Shown here: piece after piece, positions 19,621-28,692 of the stretch
Position numbering within the stretch: position 1 is the stretch's first letter
Layout: the number at the start of each line of letters is the position of its first letter
Assembly: GCA_050053515.1 (NCBI GenBank)
Contig: JASFTQ010000002.1
Coordinates: forward strand, 1-51,141
Length of the DNA stretch: 51,141 bases
Direction: 5' to 3'
Source of the DNA: Desulfobacterales bacterium
GTDB taxonomy: Bacteria; Desulfobacterota; Desulfobacteria; Desulfobacterales; G020354645
Notes under the pieces: model-generated
Databases searched by the model: none
What the model was told of the DNA's origin: nothing
The model's input: the letters and a program-made list of their open reading frames with translations, nothing else
Position numbers and translations under genes: made by a program

Positions 19621-19970
19621 CCGGTGCGAAATCTCTTCTTGCCCATAAATCTCAGCGCAGCACAAGAAAAGCGCTTTGAACCTGTTTGAGTCCCGCTGTC
19701 AAGGCGGACCTGGAGCAAGCTTTATATTTATCAAAAAACGTTTTAGACCCAGCGAAAATCTGTTTGGGCAACAGTCCGTTGAAAACTGACTCCAAGATTG
19801 ATGATGGAAGTTAGCAACTCACAAGCACATGTACACGACGAAATATCCTTACAGTTGTGCCATATCCATATGCGCTCGACCCCCCTTCTTCCACATGGTA
19901 ACTAAGTGTCCCCCGTCAAATTGAAGCGGGGGTGATAATCAAAATATACACGATAGAAAAGGAGGATAGT

Positions 19971-21134
19971 ATGACAGGGCAATATGAATTTCATCTAACT
20001 ACACGCATCATATATTCTATGAACAGCAGCATCAAGATCGGAGAAATTGCAAACAGTTTTGGCAAGAAGAAATATCAGCTCATCACCGATGCCGGGATTG
20101 CCGGTGCAGGGATATTGGATTGCCTGTTAGCGCCTTTGAAGTCGGCCGGCATTGATACAGTTCTATTTGATAAGGTAGAAGTTAATCCGACAGTCCAGAC
20201 CGTAGACAAAGCCTGCGAGCATTACAATAATAAAGGATGCGAGGGCGTGATCGCTGTTGGCGGCGGCAGTCCAATGGACACGGGTAAGAGTGTCGGCATT
20301 CTTGCCACAAACCCCGGTTCGGCATCCGATTACCTTGGTCCTGATAATTGGGGTAAGATAAAGAATCCATCTGTACCGGTAATTTGTGTGCCCACCACCG
20401 CCGGCACGGCAGCTGAAATTACTGATGTCGCCGTTTTGAGCGATCCGGAAAGGAAAGTGAAGCTGGGTATTTTTAGCCCGTATATTGTTCCTGCGGTGGC
20501 CATACTGGACCCGCTTCTGACGATCAGCCTGCCCCCCGAACCCACGCGGGACTCGGGACTGGATGCACTCTGTCATGCCGTTGAGTCCTACATCAGCATC
20601 AATTCCTGGTGCGCATCTGAAGCCTTGACGTTGAAAGCCATTGAACTAGCAGGGCGACACCTTCGGACGGCCGTCCATAACGGGCAGAATGTTGAAGCTC
20701 GTGATGGCATGCTGATGGCCAGCCTCCTTGCAGGTATGGGATTCCTCAACACGAAACTCTGCCTGGTCCATGCGATAACCGGCCCCATAGGTGGTCTGTA
20801 TAATTGCCCACATGGCGCCATTAACGCCATTGTCTTGCCCCATGCCATGAGATTTATGCTTCCGGGAGCCGTCTCAAAATACGCCAATATTGCCATTGCC
20901 CTTGGAGAAGATGTGGGTGGTTTGTCTGAAAGGGCAGCGGCTGAGAAGGCTGTTGAAGCCGTGGTGCAGTTGTCGAAAGATGTGGGATTGCCAAAGGGCT
21001 TATCAGTGTATGGGATAAAAGAAGAAGACCTTGAAAAAGTATCCGAGATGGTTGCTGCCAATTTTCAGAATGCTCTATCCCCCCGAAAAGCGAGTCCAGA
21101 GGAAATATTAGAAATATTCAGAACCGCTCTTTAA
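19971..21134 (+). CDS. Iron-containing alcohol dehydrogenase
   Basis: GGGSPMD, PTTAGTAAE, DALCHAVES, HAI..PHG; start placed behind AAGGAGG. Confidence 0.93.
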   Translation: MTGQYEFHLTTRIIYSMNSSIKIGEIANSFGKKKYQLITDAGIAGAGILDCLLAPLKSAGIDTVLFDKVEVNPTVQTVDKACEHYNNKGCEGVIAVGGGSPMDTGKSVGILATNPGSASDYLGPDNWGKIKNPSVPVICVPTTAGTAAEITDVAVLSDPERKVKLGIFSPYIVPAVAILDPLLTISLPPEPTRDSGLDALCHAVESYISINSWCASEALTLKAIELAGRHLRTAVHNGQNVEARDGMLMASLLAGMGFLNTKLCLVHAITGPIGGLYNCPHGAINAIVLPHAMRFMLPGAVSKYANIAIALGEDVGGLSERAAAEKAVEAVVQLSKDVGLPKGLSVYGIKEEDLEKVSEMVAANFQNALSPRKASPEEILEIFRTAL

Positions 21135-21165
21135 TCAATATTCGAAAGGAATTGAAGCAGGAAAA

Positions 21166-21654
21166 ATGAAAACACTAAAATTTTTCGACAAACTGATACG
21201 CTTTTTCGAAAAATACGTGACTATTACTCTAATGCTTTTCATTTGCTCTTTACTTCTTTTGCAGACCTTTACTCGGTACATCCTTAACAATCCGTTATCA
21301 TGGCCGGAAGAGCTTCTAAGATTTTGTTTTGTTTCAATGATCTACCTGGCCATCAGTTACGCTGCATCGCTCGATGCCCATATACGGATAGAGATGCACA
21401 TCAGGCTCCTTTCGATAAAATGGCAGACGGTGATCTTCAGCATAGGGGATCTTATGTGGATCGTCTTTAACATTGTCATTATCGTAGAAGGGATCAAAGT
21501 TGTCCGAACTTTATTCATTAACCCTTATATTTCTCCTGTTATGCAGGTTTCAATGGCATACGTGTACTGCATTATTCCCTTTGCATTCACTCTGGTAACC
21601 ATACGGATCATCCAGCATTTCTATCTTAGAATCATGAGGCTGAGAAAACCCTAA
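21166..21654 (+). CDS. dctQ: TRAP transporter small permease
   Basis: 4 TM, RYILNNPLSWPEEL, HIRIE. Confidence 0.9.
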   Translation: MKTLKFFDKLIRFFEKYVTITLMLFICSLLLLQTFTRYILNNPLSWPEELLRFCFVSMIYLAISYAASLDAHIRIEMHIRLLSIKWQTVIFSIGDLMWIVFNIVIIVEGIKVVRTLFINPYISPVMQVSMAYVYCIIPFAFTLVTIRIIQHFYLRIMRLRKP

Positions 21655-21665
21655 AAAAGGCTCGT

Positions 21666-22949
21666 ATGGAAGTTCTACCACTATTTATTGCTCTTTTTAT
21701 TGCATTGCTGGTGGGAGTGCCGATTGGCATCGCAATGGGAGTTGCCTCGCTGGCATCTATTATGTACCTCGATCTACCGCTTTCGCAGCTTCCGCAGATT
21801 TTTTACCAGGGTGCCGATAAGTTCGTTTTAATAGCCATTCCTATGTTTCTCATGGCTGGTACACTCATGGAAAAGGGGGGGCTAACCAAACGCTTGGTGG
21901 GTCTCAGTCAAATTCTTGTTGGAAAAGCTCATGGAGGACTGGGGGCAGTGGCAATAATCTCCTGCACCTTCTTTGCCGCCATTTCAGGCTCAGGCCCAGC
22001 GACCACAGCAGCTATCGGAGCCCTGCTGGTCCCTGAGATGGTTAAACGCGGTTTTCCGGGGGGTTACGCCGGAGGAACCGTTGCTTCAGCAGGAGGAATT
22101 GGTATAGTCATCCCTCCGAGTATCCCCCTGATTATTTACGCAACCATGGCAGAACAATCTGCATCAAAACTCTTCCTGGCCGGATTCATTCCTGGAATAA
22201 TCCTTGCCGTCGCCCTTTTAGGTTTCAACTATTATCTGTGTAAAAAAAACAATTATCCGCGAGATACACGTAAGTTTTCACTTAAAGACTTCAGAAAGCA
22301 ATTCTTGGATAGCAAATGGGCCCTTCTGGCACCATTTATCATTCTCGGTGGCATCTATACCGGTGTAACCACCGTAACCGAAGCGTCAGGAATTGCCGTT
22401 TTATACAGTCTGATTTCAGGACTTTTTTTACACCGGGAACTGAACCTGAAAAAAATTTGGGAAGCGCTTATGCTGGCACTCAGAATCACCGGATCCTCCT
22501 TCATCATGTTGGCAGCCGGTCAGATTCTTGCCAGACAGCTCACTGTGGCGAATCTGCCTGAAATCATAACAACCGCTATTCTCGGCATTACGGAAAACAG
22601 GATTCTAGTCCTTCTTCTAATTATCGGGTTGCTGATTTTCATTGGTATGTGGATGGAAACCATTGCCCAGATCATTATTTTAACGCCTGTTTTTCTTCCC
22701 GTAATTGAAACTATCGGTGTAAGTCCAATTCACTTTGGTATTATATTTATCATCGCCTGTGAAATCGGTTTTCAGACACCGCCTCTCGGTGCGAATCTGT
22801 TTATTGCCAAGGAGCTCGGGAACAGTACCTATGAAGAGGTCTCAAAGGTCGGTATGATTTTCGCTATTTCGGAAACGGGGGCTCTAATCTTTATCGCCCT
22901 CATCCCGCCAATGGCGATGTTTTTACCCAATCTGCTTATGGGCATTTGA
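21666..22949 (+). CDS. dctM: TRAP transporter large permease
   Basis: AIPMFLMAG, FAAISGSGPA, IPPSIPLIIY, HFGII, TPPLG. Confidence 0.93.
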   Translation: MEVLPLFIALFIALLVGVPIGIAMGVASLASIMYLDLPLSQLPQIFYQGADKFVLIAIPMFLMAGTLMEKGGLTKRLVGLSQILVGKAHGGLGAVAIISCTFFAAISGSGPATTAAIGALLVPEMVKRGFPGGYAGGTVASAGGIGIVIPPSIPLIIYATMAEQSASKLFLAGFIPGIILAVALLGFNYYLCKKNNYPRDTRKFSLKDFRKQFLDSKWALLAPFIILGGIYTGVTTVTEASGIAVLYSLISGLFLHRELNLKKIWEALMLALRITGSSFIMLAAGQILARQLTVANLPEIITTAILGITENRILVLLLIIGLLIFIGMWMETIAQIIILTPVFLPVIETIGVSPIHFGIIFIIACEIGFQTPPLGANLFIAKELGNSTYEEVSKVGMIFAISETGALIFIALIPPMAMFLPNLLMGI

Positions 22950-23029
22950 TGACGGTCCTTTATTGAAAAGGGGGCAGTGTGAAATGACTCTTTTCAGGAC
23001 TCAAAATCCACTAATGAAAGGAGGTGATA

Positions 23030-23083
23030 ATGAATCGGGAATCCGAAAAAACATCATCAAAACGAGAGAGGGGCAGTTGTTAG
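23030..23083 (+). other. 17-codon mini-ORF behind a strong RBS, upstream of dctP
   Basis: AAAGGAGGTGATA ATG...TAG encoding MNRESEKTSSKRERGSC. Confidence 0.3.
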
Positions 23084-23121
23084 GTGGCTCGTAAAACCCA
23101 TTAATGGAAGGAGGCATGATC

Positions 23122-24153
23122 ATGAGAAAGCTAGGAACAGGAATCTTTATACTCAGTATTTGCTGGGCCCTTGCACTTTCACTAAGCGCTGCAGAGACTG
23201 TCTATGCCAAAGATAAAGTGAAAATGAAAATCAGCGCATCCGGTGCCGGGGTGAAAGCAACTTACGGCAATGAGTTGTGCAGAACTTTTAAGGACCTGGT
23301 TGCTTTGTATTCAAACTATGAGATCGAAGTAAAAGTGTATCCCCAGGGAACCTTTGGCGGCTCTCAAGAGGCGGTCCTCGCTTTACGGAACGGGGAATTC
23401 CAAATGTTCAATCAGGCAACCAATAATTTTGCCGTTCATGCACCGTCGGTCAACGCCTTTTCTATCCCCTATATGATTGATTCCTATGAGCAGGCTTATC
23501 GGCTGGTGGATGGCCCCTTCGGGGACGTCATTCGTAAGAAGGCATCCCAGGAATCTGGCGTCAGATTCATGGGGATCCATCGGGGTGGATGGCGCGGTAT
23601 CGCAAATTCCAAAAGACCCATCCATAAGCTTGAAGATATGTCAGGCCTGAAGATACGGGTCCCGAAGAGTCCGACTTACATCGAAATGTTCAAAGCATGG
23701 GGCGTTAACCCAACTCCCATCGGCTGGAACGAGACATTCACGGCCTTGCAGCAGAAAGTCGCAGACGGACTTGATAATCCGATATCCGTTCTTGGGCAAT
23801 TCAAGTTCTATGAAATACAGAAATACTTCACAAGCTGCAAATACGTACCCCAGATGGGGGTCGTAATAATGAACGAAAAATTTTATGATGGGTTGTCCCA
23901 GGAACATAAAGATGCCGTAGAAATCGCCCTGAAGGAAACCCTTGGCTGGCTGAACCGCTATGTTGCTTGGTCTACTGCCAAGTGGGCGAAAATATGCGAG
24001 CAAAAGGGCATGGTCCTTTACGATTTGCCCGACAGTGAAGAAGCGCGCTGGAGTGCAAAAGCAAAAAGCATATGGCCGAAATTGTACGACTTGGCCGGTG
24101 GAAAGGCATGGGTTGACAGGTTTGACAGAGCGGTTAAGCGGGCCAAAAAATAA
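23122..24153 (+). CDS. dctP: TRAP substrate-binding protein
   Basis: Signal peptide, VYPQGTFG, GLKIRVP (conserved Arg), ALQQKVADGLDNP. Confidence 0.93.
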   Translation: MRKLGTGIFILSICWALALSLSAAETVYAKDKVKMKISASGAGVKATYGNELCRTFKDLVALYSNYEIEVKVYPQGTFGGSQEAVLALRNGEFQMFNQATNNFAVHAPSVNAFSIPYMIDSYEQAYRLVDGPFGDVIRKKASQESGVRFMGIHRGGWRGIANSKRPIHKLEDMSGLKIRVPKSPTYIEMFKAWGVNPTPIGWNETFTALQQKVADGLDNPISVLGQFKFYEIQKYFTSCKYVPQMGVVIMNEKFYDGLSQEHKDAVEIALKETLGWLNRYVAWSTAKWAKICEQKGMVLYDLPDSEEARWSAKAKSIWPKLYDLAGGKAWVDRFDRAVKRAKK

Positions 24154-24189
24154 TTAGTCCCCAAAAGGTGTTTGTCATGATTATGAACT

Positions 24190-24216
24190 CGCCCCTCGTT
24201 TGAATGACGAGGGGCG
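24190..24216 (+). terminator. GC-rich hairpin after dctP (terminator or mRNA stabiliser)
   Basis: CGCCCCTCGT-TTGAATG-ACGAGGGGCG; no U-tract. Confidence 0.5.
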
Positions 24217-24287
24217 GTACAAGGAGTGAAAAAAAGAAAAAGAATACAGAGCCTGAGTCTCCATCGACCCAACATCGGGAGCATAAA

Positions 24288-25319
24288 GTGCCTAAGTTTC
24301 AGTCAAATGAATTGATCAAAATTACTCGGAGGATATTTGTAGCAGCCGGAACTCCGGAAGATATTGCAGAGATTGTGGCCGGTGACCTTGTCAAGGCCAA
24401 TCTGATAGGCTATGATTCCCACGGTATTTGGCGCATTACAAGATATATTATGAGAATTAGAAACGGTGGACTCGATCCAGAAGCTCGACCGGAGGTTGAA
24501 CGCCAGACCAACTCCGTGGCCGTTGTGAACGGCAATTGGGGTTTTGGGCAGCTTGGGGCCAGAATGGCTGTTGAATATGTAAGCAGTTTAGCGCCTAAAT
24601 GCGGAGTTGCATGTGTTGCCCTCCATCGGACAAATCACATTGGACGGGTTGGAGAGTATTCCGAAATGCTGGCCTCCGAAGGGCTCATCAGTATGGTACT
24701 CACGAGTGTTACCGGTCAAGACAGGCAGGTGGCACCTTACGGTGGTCGAGAACGTATTTTCGGCACGAATCCGATGGCTTGGGCCTTGCCGGTGCGTGCG
24801 CCACGCCCGCCACTGGTGGTCGATTTTGCCACATCAGCCACAGCTGAAGGCAAACTTGCTGTTGCCCTGAGCAAAGGGGAACCGATCGAGCCCGGTCTAG
24901 TGCTCGATCGTCATGGGAATCCAAGTACGGAGCCGAAAAGTTTCTTCGACGGCGGGACCCTGCTTTCCTTTGGTGGTCACAAAGGTTATGGGCTTACCCT
25001 GATGATCCAGCTTATGACAAATGTGCTGACAGATTATGAGAACGGCTCATACAGGGATAGCAGGTTCAAGAATCCCTCTTTGTTTACAGCATGGTCTGTC
25101 GAGGCCTTCATGGCTCCGGAGCAATTCGTAGATCTGGTTGAAGATTGGCTGCAGTATATCAAACGGTCGAAAACCGCAAAAGGTTTTGATGAAATCCTTC
25201 TGCCTGGAGAACCGGAAGCAAAAACTTTTGCCAAAAGATCAAAAGAGGGGATTGATATCCCGGAACCTACCTGGCGTGAGATAATGGCGATCGCAGGTGA
25301 ATTAGGTGTATCGATATAA
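24288..25319 (+). CDS. Ldh_2-family (malate/L-lactate/sulfolactate/ureidoglycolate-type) NAD(P) oxidoreductase
   Basis: GYDSHG, HIGRVG, FGTNPMA, DFATS, GGHKGYGL, LLPGE; GTG start behind GGGAG. Confidence 0.9.
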   Translation: MPKFQSNELIKITRRIFVAAGTPEDIAEIVAGDLVKANLIGYDSHGIWRITRYIMRIRNGGLDPEARPEVERQTNSVAVVNGNWGFGQLGARMAVEYVSSLAPKCGVACVALHRTNHIGRVGEYSEMLASEGLISMVLTSVTGQDRQVAPYGGRERIFGTNPMAWALPVRAPRPPLVVDFATSATAEGKLAVALSKGEPIEPGLVLDRHGNPSTEPKSFFDGGTLLSFGGHKGYGLTLMIQLMTNVLTDYENGSYRDSRFKNPSLFTAWSVEAFMAPEQFVDLVEDWLQYIKRSKTAKGFDEILLPGEPEAKTFAKRSKEGIDIPEPTWREIMAIAGELGVSI

Positions 25320-25402
25320 AAGCAATTCTGCTTAAAATAATTTCCTTGTCTTTTGCGGGGCATATTGTAAACTCCCCCACCGAAAGGGTAAGGGGGTAGA
25401 AT

Positions 25403-26179
25403 ATGGAAAAAGGCTTGTTCAACCTGAAAGGAAAGATCGCCATTATCACCGGCGGCAATGGCGGCATTGGGAAAGGTCTGGCAGAAGGACTCGCAGGAGC
25501 CGGTGCCGATATCATTATTGCGGCGAGGGATGAGCGCAAGACGGAAAAAGCCGTTGGCGATATTGAAAAATCATATGGTGTTCAGGTAATGGGTGTGCAG
25601 CTGGACGTTACCACGGCAGCGCAAATAAAAGATATGGTGGATAAGGTAAGTGATCGTTTTGGGAGTATCGACATTTTGGTAAACAACTCCGGCATTGCCA
25701 TCCCTAAAATGCCCCAGGATTTCTTACCGTCAGAATGGGACCAGGTGATGGCGGTTAACCTTCGAGGCCCCTTTCTTTGCTCACAGGCGGTTTATGCTGT
25801 AATGAAAGATGGGGGAGGCGGTAAAATAATTAATATCGGTTCAATGACTTCAATTTTCGGCGGTGTGAAAATGGCACCCTATGGTTCAAGCAAAGGGGGG
25901 GTCGTTCAGCTGACCAGGAGTCTTGCCGTGGCTTGGGCAGCTGACAATATTCAAGTAAACGCTATTTTACCGGGGTGGATCGAAACAGATCTGACACGGC
26001 GCACTCAAAAGATGAACCCGGGATTTCGTGAACGCGTTCTGGCAAGGACACCCGCAGGCCGCTGGGGGGATCCTAAGGATCTGGCAGGCATCGCCGTTTT
26101 TCTGGCAAGCCGCGCGTCCGACTTCATAACAGGAGCGGCCATTCCTGTGGACGGCGGATATTCTGTGTTCTTGGTATGA
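25403..26179 (+). CDS. Short-chain dehydrogenase (KduD/gluconate 5-dehydrogenase-like)
   Basis: TGGNGGIG, NNSG, YGSSK, NAILPGWIET, PAGRWG. Confidence 0.9.
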   Translation: MEKGLFNLKGKIAIITGGNGGIGKGLAEGLAGAGADIIIAARDERKTEKAVGDIEKSYGVQVMGVQLDVTTAAQIKDMVDKVSDRFGSIDILVNNSGIAIPKMPQDFLPSEWDQVMAVNLRGPFLCSQAVYAVMKDGGGGKIINIGSMTSIFGGVKMAPYGSSKGGVVQLTRSLAVAWAADNIQVNAILPGWIETDLTRRTQKMNPGFRERVLARTPAGRWGDPKDLAGIAVFLASRASDFITGAAIPVDGGYSVFLV

Positions 26180-26270
26180 TAAACTCGAAAGATTACGTTA
26201 ATCTCGGAAATCAGTGTCTGAACAATCAAGGTATAATAAACTAAAGCCATAAGAAAAAACAGAATCAAAA

Positions 26271-27143
26271 ATGAAGAAGGTTCTCATTACCGGCGGTGCT
26301 GGGACCTTGGGCCGCTGCGTAACTGAAGAACTCCTAAAGCGCAATTACGCAGTGCGGATCTTTGATCTGCAGAGTTTCGACTGCAACGTTGCTCCTGTGG
26401 GGTCAAGTTGTGAAGTTTTGCGGGGAGACATTTGTAACCCGGATGCCCTTTCCCGGGCGACCGATGATGTCGATTGGATTATCCATCTGGCGGCTATTCT
26501 GCCGCCACTAAGTGAAAATGACCGAAATCTGGCCACGGCTGTTAATATTCATGGTACCAGACAACTGCTTAAGGTGATGAAGAAGGGAGTTCCACTTGTT
26601 TTTGCATCGTCTGTAGCCGTTTACGGAGTACCGCAAAGAAAAATAGTTGATATTGATCACCCGACCAAGCCCACTGATTATTATGGCGAGACCAAACTTC
26701 AGAATGAAAAGGAAATAGCGGCTAGCGGCCAGATTTTTACAGTGCTTCGTATTTCAGGGATTTCCGTGCCAGCGCTGCTTGAAATTCCGCGACCGTGGTT
26801 TTTTGCAAGAAAGCAACGGCTGCAATTCGTTCATTTGGCGGACGCAGCCACAGCAGTAGCAAACTGCGTGGATAACAAGAATACCGGTGGTCACATCTTT
26901 CAAATTGCGGGAGATGATAGTTGGCGGATGTGGGGAGAGGAATACTCAAAGGCGATCTGCAATGCCTTTGACATACCACCAGAAAGCGCATCTTATCTCA
27001 AAGAACCAAGCTGGCCTGGTTGGTATGATACAAGACGCTCTCAAGCAATTTTTGATTATCAACACCAGCGCTTCGAAAAATTTATCGCGCAATTGCGGGA
27101 TCTCTATCGAGGGGCTGTGGATCAGCCGATCGATGCCCCGTGA
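26271..27143 (+). CDS. NAD-dependent epimerase/dehydratase (extended SDR)
   Basis: TGGAGTLG, IHLAA, SSVAVYG, YGETK. Confidence 0.88.
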   Translation: MKKVLITGGAGTLGRCVTEELLKRNYAVRIFDLQSFDCNVAPVGSSCEVLRGDICNPDALSRATDDVDWIIHLAAILPPLSENDRNLATAVNIHGTRQLLKVMKKGVPLVFASSVAVYGVPQRKIVDIDHPTKPTDYYGETKLQNEKEIAASGQIFTVLRISGISVPALLEIPRPWFFARKQRLQFVHLADAATAVANCVDNKNTGGHIFQIAGDDSWRMWGEEYSKAICNAFDIPPESASYLKEPSWPGWYDTRRSQAIFDYQHQRFEKFIAQLRDLYRGAVDQPIDAP

Positions 27144-27198
27144 AATGTAGTTGACGTAAGCTTGCTCTCTTGTTTGCTTTCGAGAAAGGTAAGGAACA

Positions 27199-28149
27199 AT
27201 GAGAAAAGAAGAATTCTGGGCCCTGGAACGTTTTGTCGAGGAAGAAAATGAATGGCGACATTTGCCGGAGAATGTCTATACGGGAGATGGCAAGGCATTG
27301 GTCTCTATCGTTTCAACGAAGAAACGGGAACTCAAAGACGCCATACGACTGGCTTTAGAGAAGATAGGGGGACTAAAGAAGGCCCTGAGACCAGAGGATC
27401 GTGTCTTGCTCAAGGCCAATTACAACAGCGATGACCCCTATCCCGCTTCGACAGATCCAGCTTTTCTGGCAGCTATTGTGGAATTGATGCGGGAAGAAGG
27501 ACTTACCGATTTTACCCTCGGAGAACGTTCAGGTTGGCCCTGGATGCCTACGGCCCGCGTACTGGAAGAAATGGGCGTGTTTGAGTTGGCTGAGGAACTC
27601 GATTTGAACGTCGTGGATTTTGATTCGGGGCCCTGGATGGATGTGAGGTTGGGAGCTGAAGCGAAATGGTGGAAAAAGGTGGCCTTTCATAAATCACTGA
27701 AAGATTACGACAAAATCGTTTTTCTTCCCTGCATGAAGCACCACTTCTTGGGTCGCTTCACCATGAGTCTCAAGTTGACTGTAGGCCTCACTCACCCCGT
27801 GGAAATGCGGCATCTCCACGCTGATCGCGCACTGGGCAAGACAGATGAGCCCATGGAGCTAAAGATGGTGGAAATCGGAATTCCTGTGGCACCTGATTTG
27901 ATCATCATGGATGGGCGGAAATCTTTTGTGACGGGCGGTCCGGACATGGGAGAAATTGAGGAGCCTGAAGTGATACTGGCCTCCGGTGACCGGCTGGCGA
28001 TTGATGTGGAGGGGGTCAAGATCCTCCAGTCTTATCCGCGTGAAAATTTGATAGATATGCCGGTATGGGAGATTCCCAGCATTGAAAGGGCCGTCGAATT
28101 GGGACTCGGTGCATCCAGTGAGGAAACTTACCGGGTGGAGCGTTTGTGA
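27199..28149 (+). CDS. DUF362 domain protein
   Basis: VLLKANYNSDDPYPASTDP, LPCMKHH..FTMSLKL, DLIIMDG..GGP, DRLAID. Confidence 0.85.
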   Translation: MRKEEFWALERFVEEENEWRHLPENVYTGDGKALVSIVSTKKRELKDAIRLALEKIGGLKKALRPEDRVLLKANYNSDDPYPASTDPAFLAAIVELMREEGLTDFTLGERSGWPWMPTARVLEEMGVFELAEELDLNVVDFDSGPWMDVRLGAEAKWWKKVAFHKSLKDYDKIVFLPCMKHHFLGRFTMSLKLTVGLTHPVEMRHLHADRALGKTDEPMELKMVEIGIPVAPDLIIMDGRKSFVTGGPDMGEIEEPEVILASGDRLAIDVEGVKILQSYPRENLIDMPVWEIPSIERAVELGLGASSEETYRVERL

Positions 28150-28220
28150 TAAGCGACACTTGAGACCGTGCTTCTTGATTGAGCCACGGGGCAGGGCGTC
28201 TATTTTGAACAAAGGGGAAT

Positions 28221-28535
28221 ATGGTGAATACTTTGTTGACTGAAGAGACACTCGCGATAGCAAAATCGGTTGTAAATCAGGCCGATGCCGAAGATCATAA
28301 GGAACTGCTCCTTTTGATCAAGGACCTTGAGGAGGCTAAGGTGAGCCTTTTTGTGAGGACAGGGGAGGCAAAACCTCTGTTGCTTGGGTGCCATGAGGCT
28401 GTTGTTGATTTGAACAGGAAGATCCAAGAGGAGGACGGGTGGGGCAAAAATGCTAAAGCAGCCTTTCAAGTCTTTCAAAATCGCGTATCAAAGTTACGGA
28501 ACACCATTTTGGTCCGCACCCAGAAAGCGACCTAA
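28221..28535 (+). CDS. Hypothetical helical protein (104 aa)
   Basis: RBS AAAGGGGA, co-oriented within the operon, amphipathic helices. Confidence 0.7.
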   Translation: MVNTLLTEETLAIAKSVVNQADAEDHKELLLLIKDLEEAKVSLFVRTGEAKPLLLGCHEAVVDLNRKIQEEDGWGKNAKAAFQVFQNRVSKLRNTILVRTQKAT

Positions 28536-28692
28536 AGAAAGATTGCTATAATCTGTATATGCGCTTATGAGGCGTCAATAAAAACGACACTGGGGAATGG
28601 CGGTTTCCATTGATGGCCGGCACAAAGGATCTATTCGGTTTTTTCAGAATCAAATCGCGGAAACAGGAAAAGTCTGAAACGGGAGGTGAATT

